A stretch of 42,142 nt of DNA. Source: Polaribacter sp. (GTDB lineage: Bacteria; Bacteroidota; Bacteroidia; Flavobacteriales; Flavobacteriaceae). Below, piece after piece: positions 1-9,914 of this stretch (positions are counted from its first letter, which is position 1; the number at the start of each line of letters is the position of its first letter). A model generated the notes under the pieces. It did no database searches. It was not told the DNA's origin and saw only the letters and a program-made list of their open reading frames with translations. The position numbers and the translations under genes were made by a program. The stretch is taken from NCBI GenBank assembly GCA_029252865.1, contig JAQXAP010000109.1, forward strand, positions 1 through 42,142. Reading direction: 5' to 3'.

Positions 1-2039
1 GGCACAAAAGTAAACATCCAGTTTTGATGTTTTGTAGTACAAGGTACTTTCACCATTATTTCATTCCAACCTTTTTTTAATTGAATAACTGCCGGTTCTC
101 TTAACCAATATAATTCCTCATCAGTCCAGGGTATTTCTCTATCAATACCTGTAGACCAACCTTTCTGCTTAAAAGGTTTCCATCCGGGATTCTCCCATTT
201 AGGTCCTTTAAACACTTCACCATTAACCCATACTTTTCCACCATTAATATCCCAAGATTCATTTTTGGCAATTCCTGTATAAATTCTGTTTGCTCGTAAA
301 GGAGACTCAAAATTAATATGCGCTTTTAAAAATTTATCAGAATCACTAAAAATATAAGTTCTGGCATACACCGTTTCTCCTGGTTTTGCCTCTGGATAAT
401 GACCCTGTTTAGTATCTCTATCTTTAATTATTAAAGAGTTTCCTTTTGCATTTTTCCACAAAAGTGTCTTTCCTTGATATACTAATTTTTCATGAGCATT
501 TTTAACAAGGCTATCTCCTTGATTTCTGCTAAAAGGGCCTAGGAGTTGCCATTGGGTATTACTTTGTTTAAAATATGGAAAAGGTAACTTGCTAAAATAC
601 TGCTCTTTGTGTGATAGCAAAAAATCTTCAAATGCCGAAAAATGATTTGCCGCCTTGGTTCCTGACAAAGGTAAATTTTGCTGATAAGCTTTTGGACTCG
701 AAATTACATCGGCGGTCCATAATGACCAAGAGTAAGTAAGTAAAGATGTATAAACCGGATGTTGCAGATAAATATCATTTTCAGACCAAACGTTCACATC
801 TGGCCATAAACAAAGTATACCTCCAAGCACCTTATTTTTGGACTTATAACCAATAGGTCTAAAAAACAATTGATTAACGCCTGACATCGGTTCAAAATTA
901 TTGATATAACTAAACTTTGAATCTATTTCAGAATAACCTTCAATATCATGCTTTTTTTTCTGTTCACCCCAAGCCTGTAGCGTCACTGTTTTTGGCATTT
1001 TTAATCCTGGTGTCCAAGCTACAACCTTACGCCCATGAGACTCAATATAATTTACCATTTTTAGAACAAACTCCTCTGGGTTACTAATTTTAACCTCATC
1101 AGAACCCATATGGAAAATTGGGACTAAATCTTTAGGTATTTCATTAAAAAACTCCTTCAATACGTTCTCAAGAATTTTCATACCCTTTGGTGATTCCATC
1201 CTACATCCCATAGATTTTATAAAGGAATCACTGTGACCAGGAATGTCTATTTCTGGAATGACGTTAATGTGTTTGCTTTTCGCATACTTAATAAAATCAC
1301 GGATTTCTTCATAGGTGTAATATTTACCGGGGTTTCTTGATGGTCTGTGATTTTTACCATCCGTAAGTTCTGGATACATTTTACTTTCAATTCGCCAAGC
1401 CGGACGATCAGTTAAGTGCCATTGAAACGTATTCAACTTGTACTTTGCCATAATATCCAATTGCTCTTTTAATAAAGCGATACTTTGAAAATTACGTCCA
1501 ACATCTATCATAAATCCTCTAATAGGAAATTGAGGTTTATCCTTTATTTTACAAAGATGGATTTTGCTTGTATCGTTCTCAGTTTTTATTAACTGCCTTA
1601 AAGTTTGCAAAGCATAAAAGAAACCCGCTTCGCCAGATGCAGCAATATAAATACCTGATTTACTAACTTTCAATTCATATCCTTCTTTTAAAATTTTATC
1701 ATTGTATTTAAACCTTAAAACAAACTTTTTTTGTTTATTTATGGTTATATTTTTTACCTTAAAAATATGATTGATTTCGCTGATTAATTGAGGTGAAATT
1801 TTTTCTACATCCTTAATATATATATCTGTTATCGCCAATTTATTGTTATCCCAAACGATGTTTTGAGGGTAAGGGATTAACTTAACTGGTGCACTTTCTA
1901 GCTCTTTGGATGTAAACCTTGTTTCAAATATATTATCAGTTATTGCTTTATCAGAAAGTTCTAGATTCTGAGCATTTAAGTTTGAAGACACAAAGGAAAA
2001 ACAAAAAATAATAGTAATTGTACTAATTACAGATTTCAT
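1..2039 (-). CDS. GH20 beta-N-acetylhexosaminidase with signal peptide (3' end truncated by window edge)
   Basis: Not in ORF track (no stop in window). Manual translation from ATG 2039: MKSVISTITIIFCFSFVSSNLNAQ (signal peptide), LIPYPQ, RGFMIDVGRNF, NTFQWHLTD, catalytic FHMGSDE, C-terminal LKKGWNEIMVKVP...WMFTFVP; start and left-edge segments are in the same frame. Confidence 0.93.
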   Translation of the reverse strand, partial: MKSVISTITIIFCFSFVSSNLNAQNLELSDKAITDNIFETRFTSKELESAPVKLIPYPQNIVWDNNKLAITDIYIKDVEKISPQLISEINHIFKVKNITINKQKKFVLRFKYNDKILKEGYELKVSKSGIYIAASGEAGFFYALQTLRQLIKTENDTSKIHLCKIKDKPQFPIRGFMIDVGRNFQSIALLKEQLDIMAKYKLNTFQWHLTDRPAWRIESKMYPELTDGKNHRPSRNPGKYYTYEEIRDFIKYAKSKHINVIPEIDIPGHSDSFIKSMGCRMESPKGMKILENVLKEFFNEIPKDLVPIFHMGSDEVKISNPEEFVLKMVNYIESHGRKVVAWTPGLKMPKTVTLQAWGEQKKKHDIEGYSEIDSKFSYINNFEPMSGVNQLFFRPIGYKSKNKVLGGILCLWPDVNVWSENDIYLQHPVYTSLLTYSWSLWTADVISSPKAYQQNLPLSGTKAANHFSAFEDFLLSHKEQYFSKLPFPYFKQSNTQWQLLGPFSRNQGDSLVKNAHEKLVYQGKTLLWKNAKGNSLIIKDRDTKQGHYPEAKPGETVYARTYIFSDSDKFLKAHINFESPLRANRIYTGIAKNESWDINGGKVWVNGEVFKGPKWENPGWKPFKQKGWSTGIDREIPWTDEELYWLREPAVIQLKKGWNEIMVKVPCTTKHQNWMFTFV

Positions 2040-2133
2040 GATTTTATTTGAATTTTTAATAAACATAGTAATGACTTGTATTTAGACTTTTTTGGTATAT
2101 TTTTGAATTCACAAAAATGGTTTTTTAAACCGA

Positions 2134-3660
2134 CTAATTGCTCTTATTCATTTTTTTTATTATTTCTAGCTCTCTCATCATTGCAGCTACTATTTCGGGA
2201 TTTTTATCTGCTAAGTTATTTTGCTGACTTCTATCCTCTTTTAAATTATATAACTGCATATTTCTATCTCTTCCCGTTTCATTTTTCACCCATTTATTTA
2301 CTCTTTTAGGACCTTTGTGAGGTGGAATTAAAACGTAATTTCCTTTAATGAATGAAGTAATATTATTTTGACCCAAAAGTAAATTTTGTCTACCTTCCTT
2401 GGATGTTCCTGTTAAAGCATCCAAAATATTTTCACTGTCAGGAGTTGTATTTTGTTGCCCCACCAAACTTGCCAAAGAAGCGGTTAAATCTATCTGGCAT
2501 ACTAGGGCATCAGAAACACTTGGTTTAATTTTTGCTGGCCAACGAACCATAAAAGGCACATGGGTTCCTGCATCAAATAAACTGTATTTACCACCTCTTA
2601 ATCCTCCACGAGGTTTATGCTTACCGATTTTTGTTTCAGACTCATCATGATAGCCATCATCTAAAACCGGTCCGTTATCACTAGAAAAAATAACAATAGT
2701 ATTTTCAGCTATCCCTAATTTCTCTAATTCATTCAAAAATTCACCTACAGCCCAATCAGCCTCTAAAATGACATCGCCTCTTGGTCCTAAACCAGATTTT
2801 CCTGCAAATCTAGGATGTGGAATTCTCGGAACGTGTGGCTGGTGCAAACTATAAAATAAAAAGAAGGGAGTATCTTTGTGATTGTTAATAAAATTTTTGG
2901 ATTCTCTTAAAAAATCATCACTCATATCTTCATCAATAAATAAAGCTGATTTTCCACCTTTCATATATCCAATTCTTGAAATTCCGTTATGGATGCTTTT
3001 ATTATGACCATGACTAGGATGTACTTTTAATAATTCTGGATTTTCTTTTCCGGTTGGTTCACCCTCAAAATTACTCCTATAACTTACCGAAATAGGATCT
3101 TTGGGATCTAATCCATCAATATTATGATTTTTGACATACACTGACGGCACTCTGTCGTTTGTGGATGCCATAATATAAGAGTAATCAAATCCAATTTCTA
3201 AGGGACCTGGCTTAATATCTTCATTCCAATTCATATTTTCATCACCCAATCCTAAATGCCATTTACCAACAACACCTGTAAAATAACCCGCATCTTTTAA
3301 CATGGAAGGCAATGTTTGCTTACCAATTTCAAACAATAAAGGAGCATTTCCTGGTAAAATTTTTGCCCGTTGGCTTCTAAAAGGATAAATACCTGATAGC
3401 ATAGAAAATCTACTCGGTGTACAAGTGGGTGATGTGGCATAGCCATTTGTAAACCTTATGCCCTCATTAGCAATACGGTCAATATTTGGAGTCAGTAATT
3501 CTGTTGCTCCATAACTACTCAAATCACCATAGCCCAAATCATCGGCATAAATCACCACAATGTTTGGTTTGGTATTTTCGACTTTATTAAAATTTGATGA
3601 TTTACACTCCATTAACATTATGGTTAATGAGCACATAAAAATAAATTTAAGGAATTGCAT
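2134..3660 (-). CDS. Formylglycine-dependent (S1) sulfatase, Cys-type, probable lipoprotein; resembles subfamily S1_15
   Basis: PNIVVIYADDLG, CTPSR signature, GKWHLG, STNDRVP, SSDNG and RGGKY motifs; N-terminal LMEC lipobox-like. Subfamily call is from recalled similarity only. Confidence 0.92.
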   Translation of the reverse strand: MQFLKFIFMCSLTIMLMECKSSNFNKVENTKPNIVVIYADDLGYGDLSSYGATELLTPNIDRIANEGIRFTNGYATSPTCTPSRFSMLSGIYPFRSQRAKILPGNAPLLFEIGKQTLPSMLKDAGYFTGVVGKWHLGLGDENMNWNEDIKPGPLEIGFDYSYIMASTNDRVPSVYVKNHNIDGLDPKDPISVSYRSNFEGEPTGKENPELLKVHPSHGHNKSIHNGISRIGYMKGGKSALFIDEDMSDDFLRESKNFINNHKDTPFFLFYSLHQPHVPRIPHPRFAGKSGLGPRGDVILEADWAVGEFLNELEKLGIAENTIVIFSSDNGPVLDDGYHDESETKIGKHKPRGGLRGGKYSLFDAGTHVPFMVRWPAKIKPSVSDALVCQIDLTASLASLVGQQNTTPDSENILDALTGTSKEGRQNLLLGQNNITSFIKGNYVLIPPHKGPKRVNKWVKNETGRDRNMQLYNLKEDRSQQNNLADKNPEIVAAMMRELEIIKKMNKSN

Positions 3661-3765
3661 TGAAACTAAAGATTTTAAAAAAGTAATCTCGAAACCTAAC
3701 CATTTGCATTTTATTTTGAACAGTTGATATGTTTTCGAGTCTTATAATGAATGCTGCACATTTAT

Positions 3766-3806
3766 AAAAATAAGCCATTGTATAAAAAATATACACAATG
3801 GCTTAT
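3766..3806 (-). terminator. Intrinsic terminator-like hairpin between susD and sulfatase
   Basis: ATAAGCCATTGT...ACAATGGCTTAT 12-bp inverted repeat followed by a T-run on the minus strand. Confidence 0.65.
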
Positions 3807-3893
3807 AACAGAAATTCTATAACTAAATAATAAAGTATTAATTTTAAACTGCTACCTATAGTACCAGTCTTTTTTATTAGTTAAAAGCTAATA

Positions 3894-5612
3894 TTAATAA
3901 CCTGGGTTTTCAACCAGATTTGGATTGTCTATTAGAGTATTAATACCAAGAGGAAGGTAATAATTTCGCTTTTGAAAACGTCTTATAACAGGCTCGCCGT
4001 CTCTTACAACTACACTATAATCTCTGGTAACACCATCGTAATAGAATCTTAACCCCTTTAATCGTCTACCCTCCATCTCTTCTTCAGCAACACGCCATCT
4101 ACGTAAATCCCAATACGTTTGGTCTTCTGCAAAAAGTTCACAACGTCTTTCTTGCATTATGTTTTCCCAAGTAAGACTTACACGGTCGGGCATACCTGCG
4201 CGATTTCTCAAGGTATTAATTGCCATTGTAGCATCGCTAACTAAATTTAGATGAAAGGCTGCTTCTGCCAAATTTAGATAAACTTCACCTAAACGAAATA
4301 CAATATAATCCGTACCATCTGAATTCGCTGGAGGTAAGACAAGACTCTCATTTACACGCTTTCTTATCATTAACCCCGTACGACCTCTATTTCGAATAAA
4401 CGACTTCTTACTCCAACCTTCTGGAGCGCTATCCATATTAGTAGTATTCCAATGTGATGTAAACATAGATCCTTTCCAGGGTGCTTCTGGATAAAATACA
4501 GATGCTCTGAATCGAGGATCACGTTGCCCAAATAAAGCATCAGAAGACCATCTCCTAGACGTTAATTCACTATCTGAAATGGCACCTGAACTACCATCTA
4601 CAAAATCAAAAAGTTTCACAGTATCCCAAAATACATGATAATTTCCGCACCAACCACGATTAAACCCGATACCTCGAGGTTGGCCTAGAACTGACCAGTT
4701 ATGTGCTTTTAAATCTGTATCAAATTTTTGTGAAAAAATAACCTCTGTGTTATCTTCATCTGTAAATAACTCTTGAAAGTTAATAGCCTTATCTGAATGT
4801 TTCTTATATAAACCGTGTCCACTTTCGTTAATAATCATGTTAGCAGTATCATAGGCCTTTTGCCAAAAAGGTTGCGGATCAGAAATACCTAATAAACCAT
4901 CTAGTTGCATATCTCCAAATTCACCTATACTTCCTGCATAAGTTGCAGCCCTTGTTAATAAAGCTAGAGCAGCCCATTTCGTTGCTCTACCTGATGCAGC
5001 ACTCGCGGTTGTTGGTAAGTTTTGTGCCGCCTCCTCAAGATCTGAAATTATGAAATTATATAATTCTTGCTCGCTATTACGGCTTGCAAATAATTCCTCA
5101 ACAGGGGTGTCTATATCTTGCGGTTCGGTAATTATAGGCATACCGCCATAACGCTTTACCATTTCAAAATAAATGTAGGCTCTTAAAAAACGTGCTTCCG
5201 CTATTTTTTTATCAATAAAGTCTTGCGATAACTTAGATTCTGTTCTTAATTTTTTTATTGTAAGATTACAATCTCTCAATGGACCCCATTTAAAATAGCC
5301 CAAAGAAGAGTGCGCACCATTTGGATTTATTATTTCTAAAGATCTCTTATAGGGATTTTGCCATGCATCATAGACTCTAAGCTCCATCCCCATACTTGCA
5401 ATAAGTGCTTGATTAAAATTCTGTTCTCCTGTTAAATCTGAAAACTCTAAACTATTGTAAACGTTATTTAAAAAAGCATTTACTAAGTTTTGATCTTGCC
5501 AAACTTGACTATCTGTTATAAGGTTTGTAGGATCTACTTGCACAAATTCATCTGAACAACTGCTTAGGCCAATTAAAAGACCAATACACAGTATGTATAT
5601 TTTATTTTTCAT
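3894..5612 (-). CDS. susD: SusD/RagB family glycan-binding outer-membrane lipoprotein
   Basis: Lipobox LSSC after probable ATG 5612; AEARFLRAYIYF, GRATKWAA, FRLGEVYLNLAEA, ERRCEL, WDLRRW and C-terminal NPGY motifs; follows susC. Confidence 0.95.
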   Translation of the reverse strand: MKNKIYILCIGLLIGLSSCSDEFVQVDPTNLITDSQVWQDQNLVNAFLNNVYNSLEFSDLTGEQNFNQALIASMGMELRVYDAWQNPYKRSLEIINPNGAHSSLGYFKWGPLRDCNLTIKKLRTESKLSQDFIDKKIAEARFLRAYIYFEMVKRYGGMPIITEPQDIDTPVEELFASRNSEQELYNFIISDLEEAAQNLPTTASAASGRATKWAALALLTRAATYAGSIGEFGDMQLDGLLGISDPQPFWQKAYDTANMIINESGHGLYKKHSDKAINFQELFTDEDNTEVIFSQKFDTDLKAHNWSVLGQPRGIGFNRGWCGNYHVFWDTVKLFDFVDGSSGAISDSELTSRRWSSDALFGQRDPRFRASVFYPEAPWKGSMFTSHWNTTNMDSAPEGWSKKSFIRNRGRTGLMIRKRVNESLVLPPANSDGTDYIVFRLGEVYLNLAEAAFHLNLVSDATMAINTLRNRAGMPDRVSLTWENIMQERRCELFAEDQTYWDLRRWRVAEEEMEGRRLKGLRFYYDGVTRDYSVVVRDGEPVIRRFQKRNYYLPLGINTLIDNPNLVENPGY

Positions 5613-5662
5613 AACCTTAGTTTTTAATGTTATTGAATTTCTTTTTTTCATCATATATTAAA

Positions 5663-8600
5663 TTATAGTGAAACCTTAACCCCTAAGGTTATTGTTTTTT
5701 GAATTGGATAAGAACGTCCATTTTGAGTGTTAATCCCTGAACTTGCTGTAACCGGACCACCTCCGGCACCGCCACTTCTTGTTTCTGGATCAAATTGACC
5801 ACTATAAATCCCTAACTTATCCCAGGTAAATAAATTTGAAGCAGCTAAATAAAGATCTAAAGACCTCAGACCAACAGATTCTACCAATTCTTTATCAAAA
5901 GTATAATTAATATTTAAATTCTTTAGTCGAATGTAATCGTTAGGTCTTAACCAAAAATCAGAAGTTCTTGAACTATTTGCATTTAAGCCTTCACCTCCTG
6001 AAGTGATATATGGTAATTGTGCATCTGGATTAATGTTTACATTAGGATCATCTGGGCTTGGTGTCCAACTATATTTAAGCTGATAATCATAAGGTACTGT
6101 ATTATTACTGAAAGCTCCAGCCGCCGCACCATTAAAATATGTACTAAAACGAGCAGCCCCTTGAAATAAAGCTGATAATGATAAATTTTTATAAGTTAAA
6201 CCCAAATTAAGACCAAAAGAGATATCTGGGTTCACCCCATACCCAATTACTACATTATCTTTTATGTCTACAAACCCATCACCATTTTGATCTACATACT
6301 TAATGTCTCCTGGTTTCAGAGTCGTATTGCCTGCGGCATCCTGATCGGCATGATTGTCTATTTCTTCCTGAGTGTTAAAAAGCCCATCTGATTTAAAACC
6401 AAAGAAACGATTGTTTCTAAAACCTTCTCTTTGCTGTATTGCAGCTATTTCTGGATCTTCATCCAGAACTTCAGAATTTTCTACAATATTCTTTTGTGCA
6501 AAAGAAAAGTTTGCACTTATATTATACTTAAAATTTTTATTTATTCGGTTATCGTGTTTTAACAAAACTTCAAATCCTCTATCATCTCTTTTTATAATAT
6601 TTAATAAAGGTAGCCCCGCCCCTATAGATACAGGATATAAATCATTCGCAGTACCAAAGACTCCATCCTCCAATCGATAAAACACATCTAATTCAAAAGC
6701 AAGAAGCCCTTTCCATAAACGACCATCTAAACCAATATTTGCTAATTTGTATGTTAGCCAAGATGTATTGTCATTTGGTAGACGCGTGTCATTAATTACA
6801 CCTGTTACACCATCTCCTAAATTAATACCCGCTCGCGAAAGGGGATTTAAAATGCTAAAAGCAGTTAAGTACGCATAATTACCTGGGATATTTTCGTTAC
6901 CGGTCTCACTATAAGACGCTCTTAACTTTAAAAAGTTTATTGCATTTATGTTACTTATAAATTTCTCTTTAGAAAGCAGCCATCCTGCTGAAACACTTGG
7001 AAAATAACCGGTTCTAAATCCAGGTTTGAACCTCCAAGATTTATCGACACGCACAGAAGCCTCTAAAAGATATTTCTTCTTGTAATTATAATTAAAACGA
7101 CCAACATAACTTAGTATTTTAGTTGCAGATTCCCCGTTTGAAGCTTCAATTGTTGTTGGGTTTACAGCGGTAAGAAAGGGTATAGCACCCGACAATAGCT
7201 CTCTACCAGAAGCTGATAAGTATGCTGATTTGGTGTTTATATATTCTGTTAAGGCTAATGCACTAAAATTATGTCCTCCAAAACTATTTTTGTAATCCAA
7301 TCTAAAATAAGACCGCTCTCTACTTCCATTTGATACAGTCTCACGAATGCTACCTGGATTTTGACTTGGACCAAGCGGAATATATGGATAATCTCCATTA
7401 TAAATAGGATCGCTTGGATCTGCCTCTCCGGGAGCATAACGATATCTGTCGAATGCTCTGGAAACTGATTTGCTTTTATTTAAAGTAGAATAATAATCGA
7501 AACGTGCTCGAGCAGACAATCCAGGAGTTATATTATTTAGGTCATATTTTAACTCTATAGAGGCAGCTGTGCGCTCTTCTAACCTATCTTGAGACCCTCC
7601 TCCTTTATCTCTTCTTGTTTGTGCATAAGGACCGGTAGTTGTTCTATCTGGATTTGGAAAAATACCCAAATCTATTGGGGGAACTTTTTGTAAAGCGTTA
7701 AACATCTGACTTGGAGTGATTAGAGGTGACTTTCGTTCTCCTAATCGGTAAGACATATCAAAAGTAGCTGATAACTTATCATTTACTTTTGCGTCTACAT
7801 TAATTCTACCATTATGGCGTACAAAATCTAAATCTCCAGAGCGATAAACACTCTCTTGATTAGATTTACCGATGGAAGCAAAATATTTTAAGCTTTTAGA
7901 ACCACCACGAGCACTTAAATTATTTTGAATTAATGGTGTCCAATCAGTAAAAACTGTTCTATACCAATCAGTATCGGTAGTTTTCTCTCCAGACTCATAT
8001 AATTCTAACTGCACTTCTCCATCCACAGCACCTAAACCATCATTAGCAAATCCTAATTTAAGATAATCTAACGCCCCTATACGTTTTTGAAAACGTGTTG
8101 GATTTTGAAAACTTATATTGTTGTGAAAAGAAATATCTACTTTACCTTCCTTACCACGTTTTGTTGTTATTAATATTACCCCATTACCGGCAGCAATACC
8201 ATAAATAGCGGCGGAAGCATCTTTTAATACACTAATAGACTCAATATCATTAGGATCTACTGTTGCTATATTTTGCTGAATACCATCAACTAGAACTAAA
8301 GCATTACCAAACCCTCTAATCTGAATGGCTGCAGCATCATTACCTGGTTCACTTGAAAACTGTCTAGTTAACACTCCAGGTGTACGTCCAGTCAATAATT
8401 GTGTCGTATTAGTAACTGGCACTTGTACTAACTCTTTTGCTTGTATGGTAGAAACCGATCCTGTTAATGACGACTTTTTCTGAGTACCATATCCAACAAC
8501 TACAACCTCATCTAATTGAGCAGCATCTTCTTTTAAAGAAATATTATAAGTGGTGCTATCCCCAACTGTTACCAACTGCGATTTAAAGCCTATGTATGAG

Positions 8601-8932
8601 AATTCTACAACCTGACCAGCATCAACATTTAAAGTATACTTACCATCAAAATCTGTAAAAGTACCTTTGGTTGTGCCCTTTATGAATACACTAACACCCG
8701 GTAAAGGAATACCAGTATTATCTGTTACAACTCCAGAAATGGTTTGTTGCATAAGAACAATTGAATTGCTATCATTACTAAAGTTCTCTAGACCGCCTGC
8801 AGCAATTATAGACGAAGAAGACACACTTATGAATAATAACATCATAAAGCATGATGGAATTCTTAATTTTAAAGAGAAAACTGAGTTTTCACTTTTTTTA
8901 TTAAGAAAGAGCCGTTTTAATTTGTTTGTCAT
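5663..8932 (-). CDS. susC: SusC/RagA TonB-dependent transporter
   Basis: Carboxypeptidase-regulatory-like N-domain, LDEVVVVGYG, plug motif DIESISVLKDASAAIYG..NGVILITTKRG, PGDIKYVDQNGDG, C-terminal beta-strand. Confidence 0.96.
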   Translation of the reverse strand: MTNKLKRLFLNKKSENSVFSLKLRIPSCFMMLLFISVSSSSIIAAGGLENFSNDSNSIVLMQQTISGVVTDNTGIPLPGVSVFIKGTTKGTFTDFDGKYTLNVDAGQVVEFSYIGFKSQLVTVGDSTTYNISLKEDAAQLDEVVVVGYGTQKKSSLTGSVSTIQAKELVQVPVTNTTQLLTGRTPGVLTRQFSSEPGNDAAAIQIRGFGNALVLVDGIQQNIATVDPNDIESISVLKDASAAIYGIAAGNGVILITTKRGKEGKVDISFHNNISFQNPTRFQKRIGALDYLKLGFANDGLGAVDGEVQLELYESGEKTTDTDWYRTVFTDWTPLIQNNLSARGGSKSLKYFASIGKSNQESVYRSGDLDFVRHNGRINVDAKVNDKLSATFDMSYRLGERKSPLITPSQMFNALQKVPPIDLGIFPNPDRTTTGPYAQTRRDKGGGSQDRLEERTAASIELKYDLNNITPGLSARARFDYYSTLNKSKSVSRAFDRYRYAPGEADPSDPIYNGDYPYIPLGPSQNPGSIRETVSNGSRERSYFRLDYKNSFGGHNFSALALTEYINTKSAYLSASGRELLSGAIPFLTAVNPTTIEASNGESATKILSYVGRFNYNYKKKYLLEASVRVDKSWRFKPGFRTGYFPSVSAGWLLSKEKFISNINAINFLKLRASYSETGNENIPGNYAYLTAFSILNPLSRAGINLGDGVTGVINDTRLPNDNTSWLTYKLANIGLDGRLWKGLLAFELDVFYRLEDGVFGTANDLYPVSIGAGLPLLNIIKRDDRGFEVLLKHDNRINKNFKYNISANFSFAQKNIVENSEVLDEDPEIAAIQQREGFRNNRFFGFKSDGLFNTQEEIDNHADQDAAGNTTLKPGDIKYVDQNGDGFVDIKDNVVIGYGVNPDISFGLNLGLTYKNLSLSALFQGAARFSTYFNGAAAGAFSNNTVPYDYQLKYSWTPSPDDPNVNINPDAQLPYITSGGEGLNANSSRTSDFWLRPNDYIRLKNLNINYTFDKELVESVGLRSLDLYLAASNLFTWDKLGIYSGQFDPETRSGGAGGGPVTASSGINTQNGRSYPIQKTITLGVKVSL

Positions 8933-9139
8933 AATACGTTGAGTTAATTTTTACTAGTTAATTGTCCTGTTTCTAATCCTAATGAAAATCTAATTAACTT
9001 TTCAATTTTATTATTGTTTTTACGCAATGATAAAACATGTTAAGTAGATTAATGGGGAATCTTCTATATGCAAAAGCAATCTTAAGAATGCCTCTATCTA
9101 CAAAATACTATACCTGGTTCATTAATATCTCCGCAAATT

Positions 9140-9171
9140 TGGAGAATAATTAACTTTTAATGGAGTAAAAT
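9140..9171 (-). promoter_or_regulatory. Candidate AraC/HTCS operator: 11-bp direct repeat at 21-bp spacing upstream of susC
   Basis: TGGAGAATAAT (9140) and TGGAGTAAAAT (9161), two helical turns apart, about 210 bp upstream of the susC start. Confidence 0.45.
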
Positions 9172-9717
9172 AAGTTCAATTAAGGGTATTTTAAGTCCAT
9201 AAGCGAAAAATCTCAATTATACTTCGAAATACAACATATATCATTATTAAAAATAAATTAGAGCTCATTTAAAATGAACTAAAAAGAAAAGCTTTATGTT
9301 TTTTAAATAATAAAACTCTGTCAAAAACGACAAAAAAAAACAAAATTCAATAATATATTATACACCCGATATAAAAAAAACTTTTTCTAATCTAATAGAT
9401 AAGAAATTAAGTGAGATGCAATGAAGGTGATTACATATTTTTCAATGTTTTTAAGAAAGTTAAATTTCAAAGGGGCGGATTACACAGAATATGATTTCGT
9501 TTATCTTCTTTAAAGCACAACAAAAATAGAATATTGAATTCTCTACTCATCAAAACCAGATAAGAACAAAGGCCTTCCTTTTAGCATAAATAGGGAATTA
9601 GATAATTTTAACTTGAGAATACTGATAAAGAAAATTAAAGAGGATAGACTTTCGTTTGAAATTGAAACTTGAACGAAAAAAAATGAGGTCTACAAATAAA
9701 TACCTTTAACGATATTA

Positions 9718-9822
9718 TTACGCAAATATAATTAAGGAAATAAATATTATTAATAGCAAAGCAAAAATCACAGATTGCCATATCAAATTTAATTTAACTT
9801 TATTCTTAACTTTATTTTTCAT
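9718..9822 (-). CDS. Putative 34-aa single-pass membrane peptide (uncertain)
   Basis: Manual translation MKNKVKNKVKLNLIWQSVIFALLLIIFISLIIFA*: basic N-terminus plus ~19 hydrophobic residues; could be chance in AT-rich DNA. Confidence 0.25.
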   Translation of the reverse strand: MKNKVKNKVKLNLIWQSVIFALLLIIFISLIIFA

Positions 9823-9914
9823 TATCACAAAGGTGGCAATAATTACCATCTACGTGAGGGGTCACATAGGGCAAATTAGAGGTTCAAATAAAGCAAAGTT
9901 TCTACTTAAACTTA

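Noticed and set aside
101-310. 69-aa minus-strand ORF from the track
   Set aside because: Out-of-frame shadow inside the GH20 gene.
2076-8942. Short ORFs at 2076, 2399, 6372, 7255 and 8667
   Set aside because: Antisense or alternate-frame shadows of the sulfatase and susC genes, with no recognisable motifs.
9421-9513. 30-aa plus-strand ORF MKVITYFSMFLRK... in the PUL spacer
   Set aside because: No motif, promoter or other support; expected by chance.
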